A stretch of DNA of 64,000 bases from Gammaproteobacteria bacterium. GTDB lineage: Bacteria; Pseudomonadota; Gammaproteobacteria; JAJFKO01. Below are positions 10,086 to 19,897 of this stretch, in pieces. Positions within the stretch are counted from its first letter, which is position 1, and each line of letters begins with the position of its first letter. Under the pieces are notes generated by a model. The model made no database searches and was not told the origin of the DNA. It was given only the letters and a program-made list of their open reading frames with translations. The stretch is taken from positions 2,181 through 66,180 of the forward strand of contig JANQRR010000027.1 of the NCBI GenBank assembly GCA_028284465.1, given 5' to 3'. Position numbers and translations under genes: made by a program.

Positions 10086-11237
10086 ATGTTTAAGCGATTA
10101 TTTAACCTCCCTCTAACAAGTAAAGATAGCTGTTTTATCTTTGGCCCTCGAGGTACTGGGAAAACAGCTTGGTTAAAAAATAATCTTCAAGATAGTGAGC
10201 ACCTCTATATTGATCTCTTAGATAGCTTAACGTTTCGCACATTGTCGGCTTACCCAGAAAATATCAATCAGCGGATCAAAACAGATTTTAAAGGCTGGAT
10301 CGTAATTGACGAAGTACAGAAAATACCGGCACTTTTGGATGAAGTACATCGCTTAATTGAGAGCAAACAGTATCGATTTATTTTAACCGGTTCATCAGCG
10401 CGTAAATTAAAACGTAAAGGTGTAAATTTGTTAGCAGGCAGAGCGATTCGATATACCATGCATCCATTAACAGCTCAAGAATTACAAGACGCTTTCCAAC
10501 TAGAGCATGCCTTAAAATTCGGCATGCTACCAGCCACCTATAATTATGATGATCCTGAAGGCTACTTGGCAACCTATGTTGATAGTTATTTACGTGAAGA
10601 AGTCACTCAAGAAGGATTAACCCGCAATATTTCTGCTTTTGCACGCTTTTTAGAAGTTGCAAGCTTTTCTCAAGGCAGTATTGTCAATACATCAGAAATT
10701 GCGCGTGAAGTGGGGATTAATCGTCAAGTGATCCAAAGCTATTTCACAATCTTAGAAGATTTGCTATTAGCTCATTGGTTACCAGCATTTACTAAACGTG
10801 CCAAACGACGGCTACTCACTTCAAAAAAGTTTTATTATTTCGATGTTGGTGTTTATCAGCATTTACGCCCTAAAGGATTACTAGATAGTTCAAATGAAAT
10901 TGCTGGCGCGAGTTTAGAAACTTTGTTCTATCAATCTGCACTCGCAATCATTGCTTACAATAAATTAAATTATCAATTATACTACTGGCGCACGACGGCT
11001 GGTGTTGAAGTTGATTTCATAGCTCATGGTGAAAATGCTTTGTTAGCTTTTGAGATTAAACATAGCAAAACCATTCACACTAAAATGCTAACCGGCCTCA
11101 AGCATTTCAAACAAGATTATCCCATGGCAAAATGTTATATCCTCTATTTGGGAACCCAAACGCTTCATTTGGCCGATGGGATCACTGCAGTGCCTTTTAC
11201 TGAAGTTTTATTCAAGCTCCCCAATTATTTAATATGA
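10086..11237 (+). CDS. AAA ATPase fused to a PD-(D/E)xK-like C-terminal domain (AAA_14/DUF4143-type architecture)
   Basis: Walker A is GPRGTGKT and Walker B is WIVIDEVQK. The C-terminal GVEVDFI...LAFEIKHSK matches a D...ExK nuclease pattern. The start is taken at the ATG at 10086; the ORF-track TTG is at 10083. Confidence 0.7.
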   Translation: MFKRLFNLPLTSKDSCFIFGPRGTGKTAWLKNNLQDSEHLYIDLLDSLTFRTLSAYPENINQRIKTDFKGWIVIDEVQKIPALLDEVHRLIESKQYRFILTGSSARKLKRKGVNLLAGRAIRYTMHPLTAQELQDAFQLEHALKFGMLPATYNYDDPEGYLATYVDSYLREEVTQEGLTRNISAFARFLEVASFSQGSIVNTSEIAREVGINRQVIQSYFTILEDLLLAHWLPAFTKRAKRRLLTSKKFYYFDVGVYQHLRPKGLLDSSNEIAGASLETLFYQSALAIIAYNKLNYQLYYWRTTAGVEVDFIAHGENALLAFEIKHSKTIHTKMLTGLKHFKQDYPMAKCYILYLGTQTLHLADGITAVPFTEVLFKLPNYLI

Positions 11238-11255
11238 TGATATTAGCCATTAAAT

Positions 11256-11290
11256 CTTGAAAAATAGAACTCAGTCCTCTATTTTTCAAG
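11256..11290 (+). terminator. hairpin terminator candidate after the inserted ATPase gene
   Basis: Perfect 13-bp stem cttgaaaaataga / tctatttttcaag with a 9-nt loop. There is no long T-run after the stem. Confidence 0.45.
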
Positions 11291-11302
11291 GTTATTAACA
11301 AA

Positions 11303-11332
11303 TTGGTATATTACGAGCATAACCGCTATAAT
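11303..11332 (+). promoter_or_regulatory. sigma70-like promoter candidate for the arnA decarboxylase gene
   Basis: TTGGTA-N18-TATAAT lies about 37 nt upstream of the ATG at 11369. Confidence 0.3.
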
Positions 11333-11368
11333 TGCGCAAATTCATTAATATCGTAGGAATTCGTCCAG

Positions 11369-12415
11369 ATGAGCTTAAAAGTATTGATCCTTGGAGTTAA
11401 TGGCTTCATTGGCAGCAGCCTAACTGAACATATTTTAGCCCAACAAGATTGGCAAGTTTATGGCATGGACTTGGCCACCGATAAAATTCATGATTTGCTG
11501 GCTCACGAGCGCTTCCATTTTATTGAAGGTGATATCACTATCAATCGTGAATGGATCGCTTATCATATAAAAAAATGTGATGTGGTTTTACCTTTAGTAG
11601 CAATTGCAACACCATCAACTTACGTTAAAGATCCGCTGCGTGTATTTGAATTAGATTTTGAAGCCAATCTAGAAATTATTCGTCAATGCGCAAAACAAAA
11701 TACGCGAGTAGTATTTCCTTCGACGTCGGAAGTTTACGGCATGTGTTCTGATCCAGAATTTGATGAAGAACAGTCTCATTTTGTGTTAGGCCCTATTCAT
11801 AAGCAACGTTGGATTTATTCTTGTTCTAAACAATTACTCGATCGCGTTATTTATGCGATGGGTGAACATGAAAATTTACGCTTTACGTTATTTCGACCAT
11901 TTAACTGGGTTGGCCCTAAACTTGATAACGTGTTAGAGCCTAAAGAAGGCAGCTCTCGTGTTGTCACCCAATTCATTAGTAACATCTTGCATGGCAAAGA
12001 TATTAAATTAGTCGATGGCGGTGAACAGCGTCGCAGTTTCACTTATATTGATGATGGCATCGAGGCTTTACTAAAAATCATTGCTAACCAAGATGGTTGC
12101 GCTGATGGTCGGATCTTTAATCTTGGTAATCCTCACAATGACATTTCTATTAAAGCATTAGCTGAATTAATTATTGAGCTCATTAAAAAATATCCCGCTT
12201 ATGCTGAGCAAGCTAGCAAAACTCAATTAATAACGACTAATTCTAAAGAATATTATGGCGCTGGTTATCAGGATATTTTAACCCGCGTACCCTCGATTAA
12301 AAATGCGGCGCAATATTTGCATTGGGAACCAACCACGGATTTAAAAACTGCATTAATTAAAACACTTGATTATCATTTAGCACGCCCAGAACATGATTTA
12401 GGAGAATATTCATGA
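11369..12415 (+). CDS. arnA: UDP-glucuronic acid oxidative decarboxylase (stand-alone ArnA C-terminal domain, SDR fold)
   Basis: 348 aa. KVLILGVNGFIGSSLTEHIL closely parallels the start of the E. coli ArnA dehydrogenase domain. Confidence 0.8.
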   Translation: MSLKVLILGVNGFIGSSLTEHILAQQDWQVYGMDLATDKIHDLLAHERFHFIEGDITINREWIAYHIKKCDVVLPLVAIATPSTYVKDPLRVFELDFEANLEIIRQCAKQNTRVVFPSTSEVYGMCSDPEFDEEQSHFVLGPIHKQRWIYSCSKQLLDRVIYAMGEHENLRFTLFRPFNWVGPKLDNVLEPKEGSSRVVTQFISNILHGKDIKLVDGGEQRRSFTYIDDGIEALLKIIANQDGCADGRIFNLGNPHNDISIKALAELIIELIKKYPAYAEQASKTQLITTNSKEYYGAGYQDILTRVPSIKNAAQYLHWEPTTDLKTALIKTLDYHLARPEHDLGEYS

Positions 12416-13314
12416 CTAACTCGCAATTAGCGATTAAAGTTGACGTCGACACGGATCGTGGCACTCGCATTGGCGTACCTAATCTAGTTAATTTATTTAA
12501 ACAATATAATATTCCAGCAACGTTTTTATTTTCGTTAGGCCCTGATAACACTGGTCGAGCAATCAAACGGATCTTTCGTCCTGGTTTTTTTAAGAAAGTT
12601 GCGCGTACTAACGTGGTTGGGATGTATGGTCTCAGAACATTATTAAACGGTGTATTATTGCCAGGCCCACACATTGGCAAACGTAATAAACCCATCTTAC
12701 AAGATGTGCGTGCACAAGGTTTTGAAGTTGGCATTCATTGCTATGATCATATTCGTTGGCAAGATGGTTTACATAAAATGTCACCTCGCCAAGTGTTTAC
12801 AGAATTTGGTAAAGCAAGAGATATTTTTAAACACATTTTTACTGATCGCGCATTAACTGCTGGCGCTGCTGGCTGGCAAGCAAATGCCCATAGCTTAGCT
12901 GCATATGATGATGCAAAATTGCTGTATGCCAGCGATGCACGCGGCACTTCACCATTTTTTCCTCGCATTAATGGCGTAACCTATAAAACGTTACAGATCC
13001 CTACAACATTACCTACACTTGATGAGTTACTTGGTCATCCCGATCATCCTGAGCATAAACTTAATCAATATTATTATTCATTAATTGAAAAAGCGCCCAC
13101 TCATGTATTAACTATCCACGCTGAAATTGAAGGCATGGCAAAACTTGATTGGTTTAGTGATTTCTTACAATTTTTACAGCAACAACAAACTCAATTTATG
13201 CAATTATCACAATGGGCAAAATCATTATTAACGCAACCTAAACATATTCCAGTTTGTGATTTAGTTGAAGGGAAAGTCCCTGGCCGTTCAGGAACTTTAG
13301 CTGTGCAGGCATGA
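12412..13314 (+). CDS. arnD: 4-deoxy-4-formamido-L-arabinose-phosphoundecaprenol deformylase
   Basis: 300 aa from the polysaccharide deacetylase family. The N-terminus LAIKVDVDTDRGTRIGVPNL...FLFSLGPDN parallels E. coli ArnD. Confidence 0.8.
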   Translation: MTNSQLAIKVDVDTDRGTRIGVPNLVNLFKQYNIPATFLFSLGPDNTGRAIKRIFRPGFFKKVARTNVVGMYGLRTLLNGVLLPGPHIGKRNKPILQDVRAQGFEVGIHCYDHIRWQDGLHKMSPRQVFTEFGKARDIFKHIFTDRALTAGAAGWQANAHSLAAYDDAKLLYASDARGTSPFFPRINGVTYKTLQIPTTLPTLDELLGHPDHPEHKLNQYYYSLIEKAPTHVLTIHAEIEGMAKLDWFSDFLQFLQQQQTQFMQLSQWAKSLLTQPKHIPVCDLVEGKVPGRSGTLAVQA

Positions 13315-13925
13315 ATACTATAGCATCACGCTTTCGTGGATTCTTACCTGTGGTAATTGATGTGGAAACAGCAGGTTTTAATGCTGAAACTGATGCTTTG
13401 TTAGAACTTGCTGCTGTAATCATTCACACTAATGATCAAGGTTTATTACATCCAGATAAAAAAGTTCATCATTACCACATTGAACCGTTTACTGGTGCTA
13501 ACCTTGATAAAAGTGCGTTGGAGTTTACTGGCATTAAGCCTTATCATCCCTTCCGTTTCGCGATCCCTGAAAGACAAGCGCTAGATGAGCTATTTGCAAC
13601 AATTGCCAAGCAACTTAAACTAAGCAAATGCTCACGCGCAGTCATGGTTGCACATAATCCTATTTTTGATTTAAGCTTCGTGCAAGCAGCAATTAAGCGC
13701 AGTGGTATTAAAAAATCTCCGTTTCATTCCTTCACTGCGTTAGATACTGCAACATTAAGCGCACTTGCTTTTGGCCAAACTGTATTGGCTAAAGCCGTGC
13801 GTTGTGCTGGGATTGAATTTAATGCTGATGAAGCACATTCAGCAATTTATGATGCTGAACGCACCGCAGAATTATTTTGTTATATCATGAATAATTGGAA
13901 GAATCCTGCTGATGAAACCTCCTAA
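13311..13925 (+). CDS. rnt: ribonuclease T
   Basis: 204 aa. RFRGFLPVVIDVETAGFNAETDALLELAAV is nearly identical in pattern to the E. coli RNase T DEDD motif I region. Confidence 0.9.
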   Translation: MNTIASRFRGFLPVVIDVETAGFNAETDALLELAAVIIHTNDQGLLHPDKKVHHYHIEPFTGANLDKSALEFTGIKPYHPFRFAIPERQALDELFATIAKQLKLSKCSRAVMVAHNPIFDLSFVQAAIKRSGIKKSPFHSFTALDTATLSALAFGQTVLAKAVRCAGIEFNADEAHSAIYDAERTAELFCYIMNNWKNPADETS

Positions 13926-14382
13926 GCCTAAATCGATTGCAAACTATCTCACAGCGACTGACAATTCATTGCAATCGTTGGTTGAAACGGCTTATTCACT
14001 ACAAACGCTTAACCAAATTGTTTTAAGCCAATTTACTCCTGATTTTACCGAGCATTGTGTGGTAATGTGTTACCATCAAGGCATTTTAACGCTTGGCGTT
14101 GCGAATGCAGCTTGGGGCACAAAGCTTAGATATGATCTGCCAACGTTAAAGTTTAAACTTGCGGCATTACCAGAATTTGCTGAGCTAACAGATATTAAAT
14201 ATAAAATCGCGCCAGAATTGTTTCAACCAGAACAACCATCAGTACACTCTAAACTTAAGATCTCAGCAGAAAATGCTGATCTGATCTGCGAAGCAGCTGC
14301 TAATATTACTAATGAAAAATTAAAAATCGCTTTAGCAAAACTTGCTGATCGTAATAATGAAAAAAACGTTGAGTTTAATTAA
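13912..14382 (+). CDS. DUF721 / DciA-like protein (candidate replicative helicase operator)
   Basis: 156 aa. The core pattern ([18 protein letters not shown]...LKFKL) resembles DUF721, and the position next to lpxC is common for this family in gammaproteobacteria. This is recalled knowledge and was not searched. Confidence 0.45.
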   Translation: MKPPKPKSIANYLTATDNSLQSLVETAYSLQTLNQIVLSQFTPDFTEHCVVMCYHQGILTLGVANAAWGTKLRYDLPTLKFKLAALPEFAELTDIKYKIAPELFQPEQPSVHSKLKISAENADLICEAAANITNEKLKIALAKLADRNNEKNVEFN

Positions 14383-15296
14383 CTAACCAGAACAGGTCTT
14401 AAATAAGAAATAGGCGCACCTGCTTGCTTATCATCAAAGGTAACGTATTCCCACGCATCTTCTTCCGCAAGCAAACGTTTTAATAGCATATTATTTAAGG
14501 TATGGCCTGATTTATAACCTTCAAAAGCGCCAATCACACCACAGCCTAATAAATACAGATCACCGATAGCATCTAGAATTTTATGTTTTACAAATTCATC
14601 GTTATAACGCAAGCCATCTTCATTTAAAATACGGTATTCATCAATCGCAATAGTATTATCTAAGCTACAACCTAAGCCAAGATTTTGCTGTTGTAAAGCT
14701 TCAAAGTCAGCCATAAAACCAAATGTACGCGCACGGCTTACTTCTTTAACATAAGATGTGCTGGAAAAATCAAATTCTGCAGCTTGGCATTTTGCATTAA
14801 ATACTGGGTGATCAAAAGCAATTTGAAATGATACTTTAAAACCGTCATAAGGTTGTAAACGAGCATAAGCACCATTGGCTTGCTCAACTTTAACCGCACG
14901 TTTTATGCGGATGAATCGCTTCGGTGCATTTTGTTCTTCAATCCCAGCTGATTGGATCAGAAATACAAAAGGCCCCGCACTACCATCCATAATTGGCATT
15001 TCATTAGCGTTGATATCAACATAGGCATTATCGATCCCAAGCCCCGCCATGGCAGATAAGAAATGCTCAACTGTGGAAACACTCGCACCTTCTCTGCATA
15101 AAGTAGTTGATAATGTGGTATCGCCAACAAATTCTGGGCGGGCAGGAATTTCAACTGGATTGGCTAGGTCAACTCGAATAAAACGGATCCCGGTGTTAGC
15201 AGGTGCTGGCCGTAGTTTAATTTCAGCCTTCCTGCCATTATGCACTCCAATACCGGTGCATTCGATAATGTTTTTTAGTGTTCTTTGTTTAGCCAT
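14379..15296 (-). CDS. lpxC: UDP-3-O-acyl-N-acetylglucosamine deacetylase
   Basis: 305 aa starting [17 protein letters not shown], with the canonical position after ftsZ. Confidence 0.95.
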   Translation of the reverse strand: MAKQRTLKNIIECTGIGVHNGRKAEIKLRPAPANTGIRFIRVDLANPVEIPARPEFVGDTTLSTTLCREGASVSTVEHFLSAMAGLGIDNAYVDINANEMPIMDGSAGPFVFLIQSAGIEEQNAPKRFIRIKRAVKVEQANGAYARLQPYDGFKVSFQIAFDHPVFNAKCQAAEFDFSSTSYVKEVSRARTFGFMADFEALQQQNLGLGCSLDNTIAIDEYRILNEDGLRYNDEFVKHKILDAIGDLYLLGCGVIGAFEGYKSGHTLNNMLLKRLLAEEDAWEYVTFDDKQAGAPISYLRPVLVS

Positions 15297-15480
15297 CTAT
15301 AAATTCTATAGCATTAATGCAATTAAATTATTGTATCACAACTCTTTTATAAATCTAAGATTTTCTCAACATTTCTCTGCAATTTAATTCATAATCACTT
15401 CGAACAGTTAAAATATTTTACAGAACACTATGCCGGCGTTCTTTATTTATTCAGTCTATTATTGTGAAACTGGGATCTGG

Positions 15481-15503
15481 ATCCCGCGGTCAAGCCGCGG
15501 GAT
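15481..15503. repeat. GC-rich perfect hairpin downstream of ftsZ (repeat- or terminator-like)
   Basis: atcccgcgg-tcaag-ccgcgggat forms a 9-bp perfect stem. There is no U-run on the minus strand, so terminator function is uncertain. Confidence 0.35.
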
Positions 15504-15536
15504 GACGATCTTGCAAGCTGCAAAATAACGAGTGTC

Positions 15537-16688
15537 TTAAATCTTTTCTTTTTGGCGCAGCAAAAATTCTGGAATATTAAGATAATCCACATTTTCAGTT
15601 GGCTCTGCCGCAGGTTTTGCAATACTTGCTTGTTTACGGATCACTGTGGGCTGTTCAAATTTTTGATAATCTAACACATCATCATTTTTGATATTATCCA
15701 TGAAGCGATTTGATCGACGATCTTGTTGATCAGTGCCTAAACCAGTGACAACAACTGTAACTCTAAGCTCATCACTCATCTCTGGATCAATAACGGTACC
15801 AACGACAACAGTAGCACTTTCAGACGTAAAGCCTTTGATCACATCTCCGACTTCTTCAAATTCTCCAATCGACATATCAAGCCCAGCAGTAATATTCACT
15901 AATACACCACGCGCACCTGATAAACTAACTTCTTCTAGCAACGGACTAGCGATAGCAGATTCTGCTGCGGTACGCGCGCGATTTTCACCACTCGCCACAC
16001 CTGTTCCCATCATGGCCATACCCATTTCTGACATCACTGTGCGCACATCGGCAAAGTCAACGTTAATTAAACCAGGACGCGTAATTAATTCAGCAATGCC
16101 TTGTACTGCGCCTAATAAAACATTGTTTGCTGATTTAAATGCGTTTAACAAGGTAATGTTTTTACCTAACACATTAAGTAGCTTATCGTTAGGAATGGTG
16201 ATCAGTGAATCTACTTGTTTGGCTAACGCATTAATTCCCGCATCAGCTACTTGCTTACGCACTTTACCTTCAAATGCAAACGGTTTAGTTACTACTGCAA
16301 CGGTTAAGATCCCTAATTCTTTAGCAATACTGGCAACGATCGGTGCAGCACCCGTACCTGTACCACCACCCATACCGGCAGTGATAAACACCATATCAGC
16401 ACCATCTAATATTGTACGTATACGTTCACGATCTTCTTCTGCTGCTTGGCGACCAATTTCTGGGTTGGCGCCAGCGCCTAAACCTTTAGTAATTTCACCA
16501 CCAAGTTGAATAATAGTTTCTACCGTGGATTTTTCTAATGCTTGTGCATCTGTATTAGCACAAATGAAATGCACACCTTCAATATTTTCGGTTAACATAT
16601 GTTCGACAGCATTACCGCCGCCTCCACCAACACCAATAACTTTAATCACAGCGGTATTTTGTGGATAATTTTCCGTTAATTCGAACAT
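15537..16688 (-). CDS. ftsZ: cell division protein FtsZ
   Basis: 383 aa with the tubulin signature GGGTGTGAAP. Confidence 0.97.
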   Translation of the reverse strand: MFELTENYPQNTAVIKVIGVGGGGGNAVEHMLTENIEGVHFICANTDAQALEKSTVETIIQLGGEITKGLGAGANPEIGRQAAEEDRERIRTILDGADMVFITAGMGGGTGTGAAPIVASIAKELGILTVAVVTKPFAFEGKVRKQVADAGINALAKQVDSLITIPNDKLLNVLGKNITLLNAFKSANNVLLGAVQGIAELITRPGLINVDFADVRTVMSEMGMAMMGTGVASGENRARTAAESAIASPLLEEVSLSGARGVLVNITAGLDMSIGEFEEVGDVIKGFTSESATVVVGTVIDPEMSDELRVTVVVTGLGTDQQDRRSNRFMDNIKNDDVLDYQKFEQPTVIRKQASIAKPAAEPTENVDYLNIPEFLLRQKEKI

Positions 16689-16764
16689 TGCCTAGCTCCT
16701 TTAAATAAAAATCGTTGCAGTCATTATACAACTAAACTCAATAACAGCAAGTAATATAAATGAG

Positions 16765-18003
16765 TTACCAATTACTTTGAAACCAATGACGCATGCGCCC
16801 AAACACACCTTTTAAATTATGCTGCACATTTAAGGCAAGACGTTTTTCATTGTGTTGCTGTTGGCCATAGATTAATAACCCAATACCCGTTGCATAAATC
16901 GGATTACGTATTACATCTTCCATCCCTGATATAACATTTTGTGGCACCCCTAAACGCACCGGCATATTAAAGACTGACTCAGCTAACTGTAAACAACCTG
17001 GAACTTTTGAAGCGCCGCCTGTTAGCACAATACCCGCGGCAATAAGATCTTCAAATCCACTACGACGAATTTCAGCGCGCACTAAACCAAACAATTCTTC
17101 ATAACGTGCACTAACGACATCAGCCAAATGATTTTTAGAAATTTGTCGGCCTCGACGATCACCGACACCTGGCACTTCAATCATTTCATGATTACTGCCT
17201 GGATAAGGCAATAAACTTGCATGTGCAAGCTTAATACTTTCAGCTGCTTGATTTGGTGTGCGTAAGGCAACCGCAATATCATTGGTAACATGATCGCCGG
17301 CGATTGGGATCACTGATGTATGACGAATTGCCCGGTCAGTAAACACCGCAATATCTGTGGTACCACCACCAATGTCAACTAAACAAACACCTAATTCTTT
17401 TTCATCGTCAGCTAAAATAGCATAGCTTGAGGCCAGTGGTTGTAAAATCACATCAACCACATCTAAGCCACAACGCCGCACACATTTAATAATGTTTTGT
17501 GCAGCACTTACTGCTCCAGTAACCATATGTACTTTTGCTTCTAACCGCACGCCAGACATGCCAATTGGTTCACGAATACCTGATTGCTCATCAATGATAA
17601 ATTCTTGCGGTAAAATATGCAGAATTTTTTGATCGGCTGGAATAGCTACTGCGCGCGCGGCATCAATCACTCGCTCAATATCTGTTTGCCCAACTTCTTT
17701 ATCGCGGATCGCAACGATACCATGAGAATTCAAACTGCGAATATGATTACCTGCAATCCCAGTGTAAACACTATGAATTTGACAGCCTGCCATTAATTCC
17801 GCTTCAGCCACTGCACGTTGAATTGATTTAACTGTATCTTCAATATTAACGACTGTGCCTTTGATCAGCCCGGTTGACGGGTGCGAACCGATGCCGATGA
17901 TCTCTATCTGATTATCTAAATTGATTTCACCAACGATCGCAACAACTTTTGAGGTACCAATATCTAGTGCTACGAGTTGGTTTTTTGCTGTTTTTTTTGC
18001 CAT
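16765..18003 (-). CDS. ftsA: cell division protein FtsA
   Basis: Actin-like ATPase. The start is taken at the ATG at 18003 (MAKKTAKNQLVALDIGTSKV), which matches the FtsA N-terminus and avoids overlap with ftsQ. The ORF track extends to 18057. Confidence 0.9.
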   Translation of the reverse strand: MAKKTAKNQLVALDIGTSKVVAIVGEINLDNQIEIIGIGSHPSTGLIKGTVVNIEDTVKSIQRAVAEAELMAGCQIHSVYTGIAGNHIRSLNSHGIVAIRDKEVGQTDIERVIDAARAVAIPADQKILHILPQEFIIDEQSGIREPIGMSGVRLEAKVHMVTGAVSAAQNIIKCVRRCGLDVVDVILQPLASSYAILADDEKELGVCLVDIGGGTTDIAVFTDRAIRHTSVIPIAGDHVTNDIAVALRTPNQAAESIKLAHASLLPYPGSNHEMIEVPGVGDRRGRQISKNHLADVVSARYEELFGLVRAEIRRSGFEDLIAAGIVLTGGASKVPGCLQLAESVFNMPVRLGVPQNVISGMEDVIRNPIYATGIGLLIYGQQQHNEKRLALNVQHNLKGVFGRMRHWFQSNW

Positions 18004-18047
18004 CAGTAATACTCTCTTGATTAATGTAGAACTGCGCTTATTGTACG

Positions 18048-18785
18048 CTAACTCCATTTAACCGCAATACCATTGTTATAACGCATGTCGATGATTTGTG
18101 CATGTCGATGTTTAGCCATAAATAAGCGCGGATAGACTTTGACAAAACGGTGCAATCGTTGCCAAATACGCTGCTGGCCTAGCATAATTTCCATCCCATT
18201 ATCCAACATTAACGTATAGGAGTGATTGGGCGATACTGATAATGTTGAAATATGTACGCCAAGTGATTTTAGTTTGCGTGACATTCGTTGATAAGCATAA
18301 ACGATCGCTGGCTCTTGCACGAGATTACCGCGCAAACGCGGCAAATGAGTTGGCATGTTATCCGATTTAGGCGTGAACAATTCGCCGCGAGTGTTGATCA
18401 CGCTGCTATCGTTCCACAACGCTAATGGTTGTTGCTCTGTAAAATGGATCACAATCTTATGCGGCCAAACTTGACTGACAGCAACTTTATCCACCCAAGG
18501 TAACGTTAGCAATTGGCGTTTGATCGCACGCACACTAACATTAAAAAAACCTTTGCTCACGTAAGGCATTAATAACTGTTTTAATTGTTTAGGTTTGATA
18601 TGATGATATTGACCTTCAACCTCAACCAGTTTAACTGGTAAAGTCGTTGGGTTTTGCAATTTCACTATGAACCAAATCAAAATGCTGCAAGCTAAAATAA
18701 TTAAGGTTGCCAACCGCATTTGTTTCGCTGATAACATTCTTGTAGCTGACTGTGCTTTTATCGTTGTTTTGGTTTTTTTTGCCAT
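18048..18785 (-). CDS. ftsQ: cell division protein FtsQ
   Basis: 245 aa with a single N-terminal TM helix followed by a POTRA-like region. It sits between ddl and ftsA. Confidence 0.8.
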   Translation of the reverse strand: MAKKTKTTIKAQSATRMLSAKQMRLATLIILACSILIWFIVKLQNPTTLPVKLVEVEGQYHHIKPKQLKQLLMPYVSKGFFNVSVRAIKRQLLTLPWVDKVAVSQVWPHKIVIHFTEQQPLALWNDSSVINTRGELFTPKSDNMPTHLPRLRGNLVQEPAIVYAYQRMSRKLKSLGVHISTLSVSPNHSYTLMLDNGMEIMLGQQRIWQRLHRFVKVYPRLFMAKHRHAQIIDMRYNNGIAVKWS

Positions 18786-18787
18786 AA

Positions 18788-19897
18788 TTAAATACTTTTA
18801 GCAAATGATGTTAAGTTTTTCTGAATATCATCATGGCGCGCAAAGGCTAACGCTATTAATTCATCTAACAATTTAGCGTAAGGTACGCCAGCAGCTTCCC
18901 AAAGTTTCGGCACCATGCTCACTTGAGTAAAGCCAGGAATAGTATTAATTTCTGAAATAAATAATTCATTATCATCGCGTCTTAAAAGAAAATCAGCCCG
19001 CGCATAACCAGCGCAATCCAACGCCCGATACGCACGCAATGCACAATCATGCATTGTTTGCAGCACTTTTTCTGGAATATCAGCCGGCACAAGCAAACGT
19101 AAACTATCATCAGCATATTTAGCATCATAACTATAAAACTCATACGTCGTTACAATTTCACCAGGCATTGATAGTTTTAATTCTTCATTTCCCATGATTG
19201 AAATTTCAAGTTCACGCGCATTCGTTATGCCAGCTTCAACCACAATTTTACGATCATATTGCGCAGCATCTTTCATTGCAGAGAGAAAATCATTGCTGTT
19301 ATTAACTTTACTGATCCCAACACTAGAACCCATATTTGCTGGTTTTACAAACCATGGATACGCGAATGTTTGTTCGCATTGTTGTTGTACCTTGGCGGGA
19401 TCTGCAAAAAATTCATTGCGGGTAATAGTTTTAAACGATGCAGTGTTTAAACCATCTTGTACAAATAAATTTTTCATTAATGCTTTATCCATGCCGACGG
19501 CACAAGCAGCAACACCTGAGCCAACGTAAGGGATATTAGCTAATTTAAACATTCCCTGCACGGTGCCATCTTCGCCCATAGGACCGTGTAATAATGGGAA
19601 AATGATATCAAGTGGAATTGTAGTCATGGGCTTATGCGCATTGCGTAATAACAATACGTGATTATTAGGCTCAGGTATAAATACCACAGGTTGCGCTTGC
19701 GCCAAAATCTCTTGACTGGATTTACTGATTGGCAATTTGGCGAGATGCCAACTACCCTCTTTAGCGATGAATATCGGCATAATATTATATTTTTTAGGAT
19801 CAAGTGCAGCTAATACTTCATAGGTAGAAGCAATAGAAATTTCATGTTCGCCTGAACGCCCACCAAATAAAATGCCAATATTTATTTTATCATTCAT
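18788..19897 (-). CDS. ddl: D-alanine--D-alanine ligase
   Basis: 369 aa with an ATP-grasp fold and the N-terminus INIGILFGGRSGEHEIS. It is in dcw context. Confidence 0.9.
   Translation of the reverse strand: MNDKINIGILFGGRSGEHEISIASTYEVLAALDPKKYNIMPIFIAKEGSWHLAKLPISKSSQEILAQAQPVVFIPEPNNHVLLLRNAHKPMTTIPLDIIFPLLHGPMGEDGTVQGMFKLANIPYVGSGVAACAVGMDKALMKNLFVQDGLNTASFKTITRNEFFADPAKVQQQCEQTFAYPWFVKPANMGSSVGISKVNNSNDFLSAMKDAAQYDRKIVVEAGITNARELEISIMGNEELKLSMPGEIVTTYEFYSYDAKYADDSLRLLVPADIPEKVLQTMHDCALRAYRALDCAGYARADFLLRRDDNELFISEINTIPGFTQVSMVPKLWEAAGVPYAKLLDELIALAFARHDDIQKNLTSFAKSI

Noticed and set aside
9133-12415. arnA as a pseudogene disrupted by insertion
   Set aside because: Both halves are intact ORFs with their own start codons and complete domain boundaries, and the downstream half has its own promoter-like element. 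Separate FT and DH genes are known to be functional in other bacteria.
15733-16509. 258-aa ORF antisense to ftsZ
   Set aside because: It lies entirely inside the unambiguous ftsZ gene on the opposite strand. The translation is low-complexity (S/T/P/A-rich), as expected from reading a Gly/Ala/Val-rich gene backwards, and there is no RBS or independent support.
18004-18057. Longer ftsA start at 18057 (MELAYNKRSSTLIKRVLL...)
   Set aside because: The extension overlaps the ftsQ 3-prime end and has no counterpart in FtsA proteins. The ATG at 18003 gives the canonical MAKK...LVALDIGTSKV N-terminus. The longer form cannot be fully excluded without proteomics.
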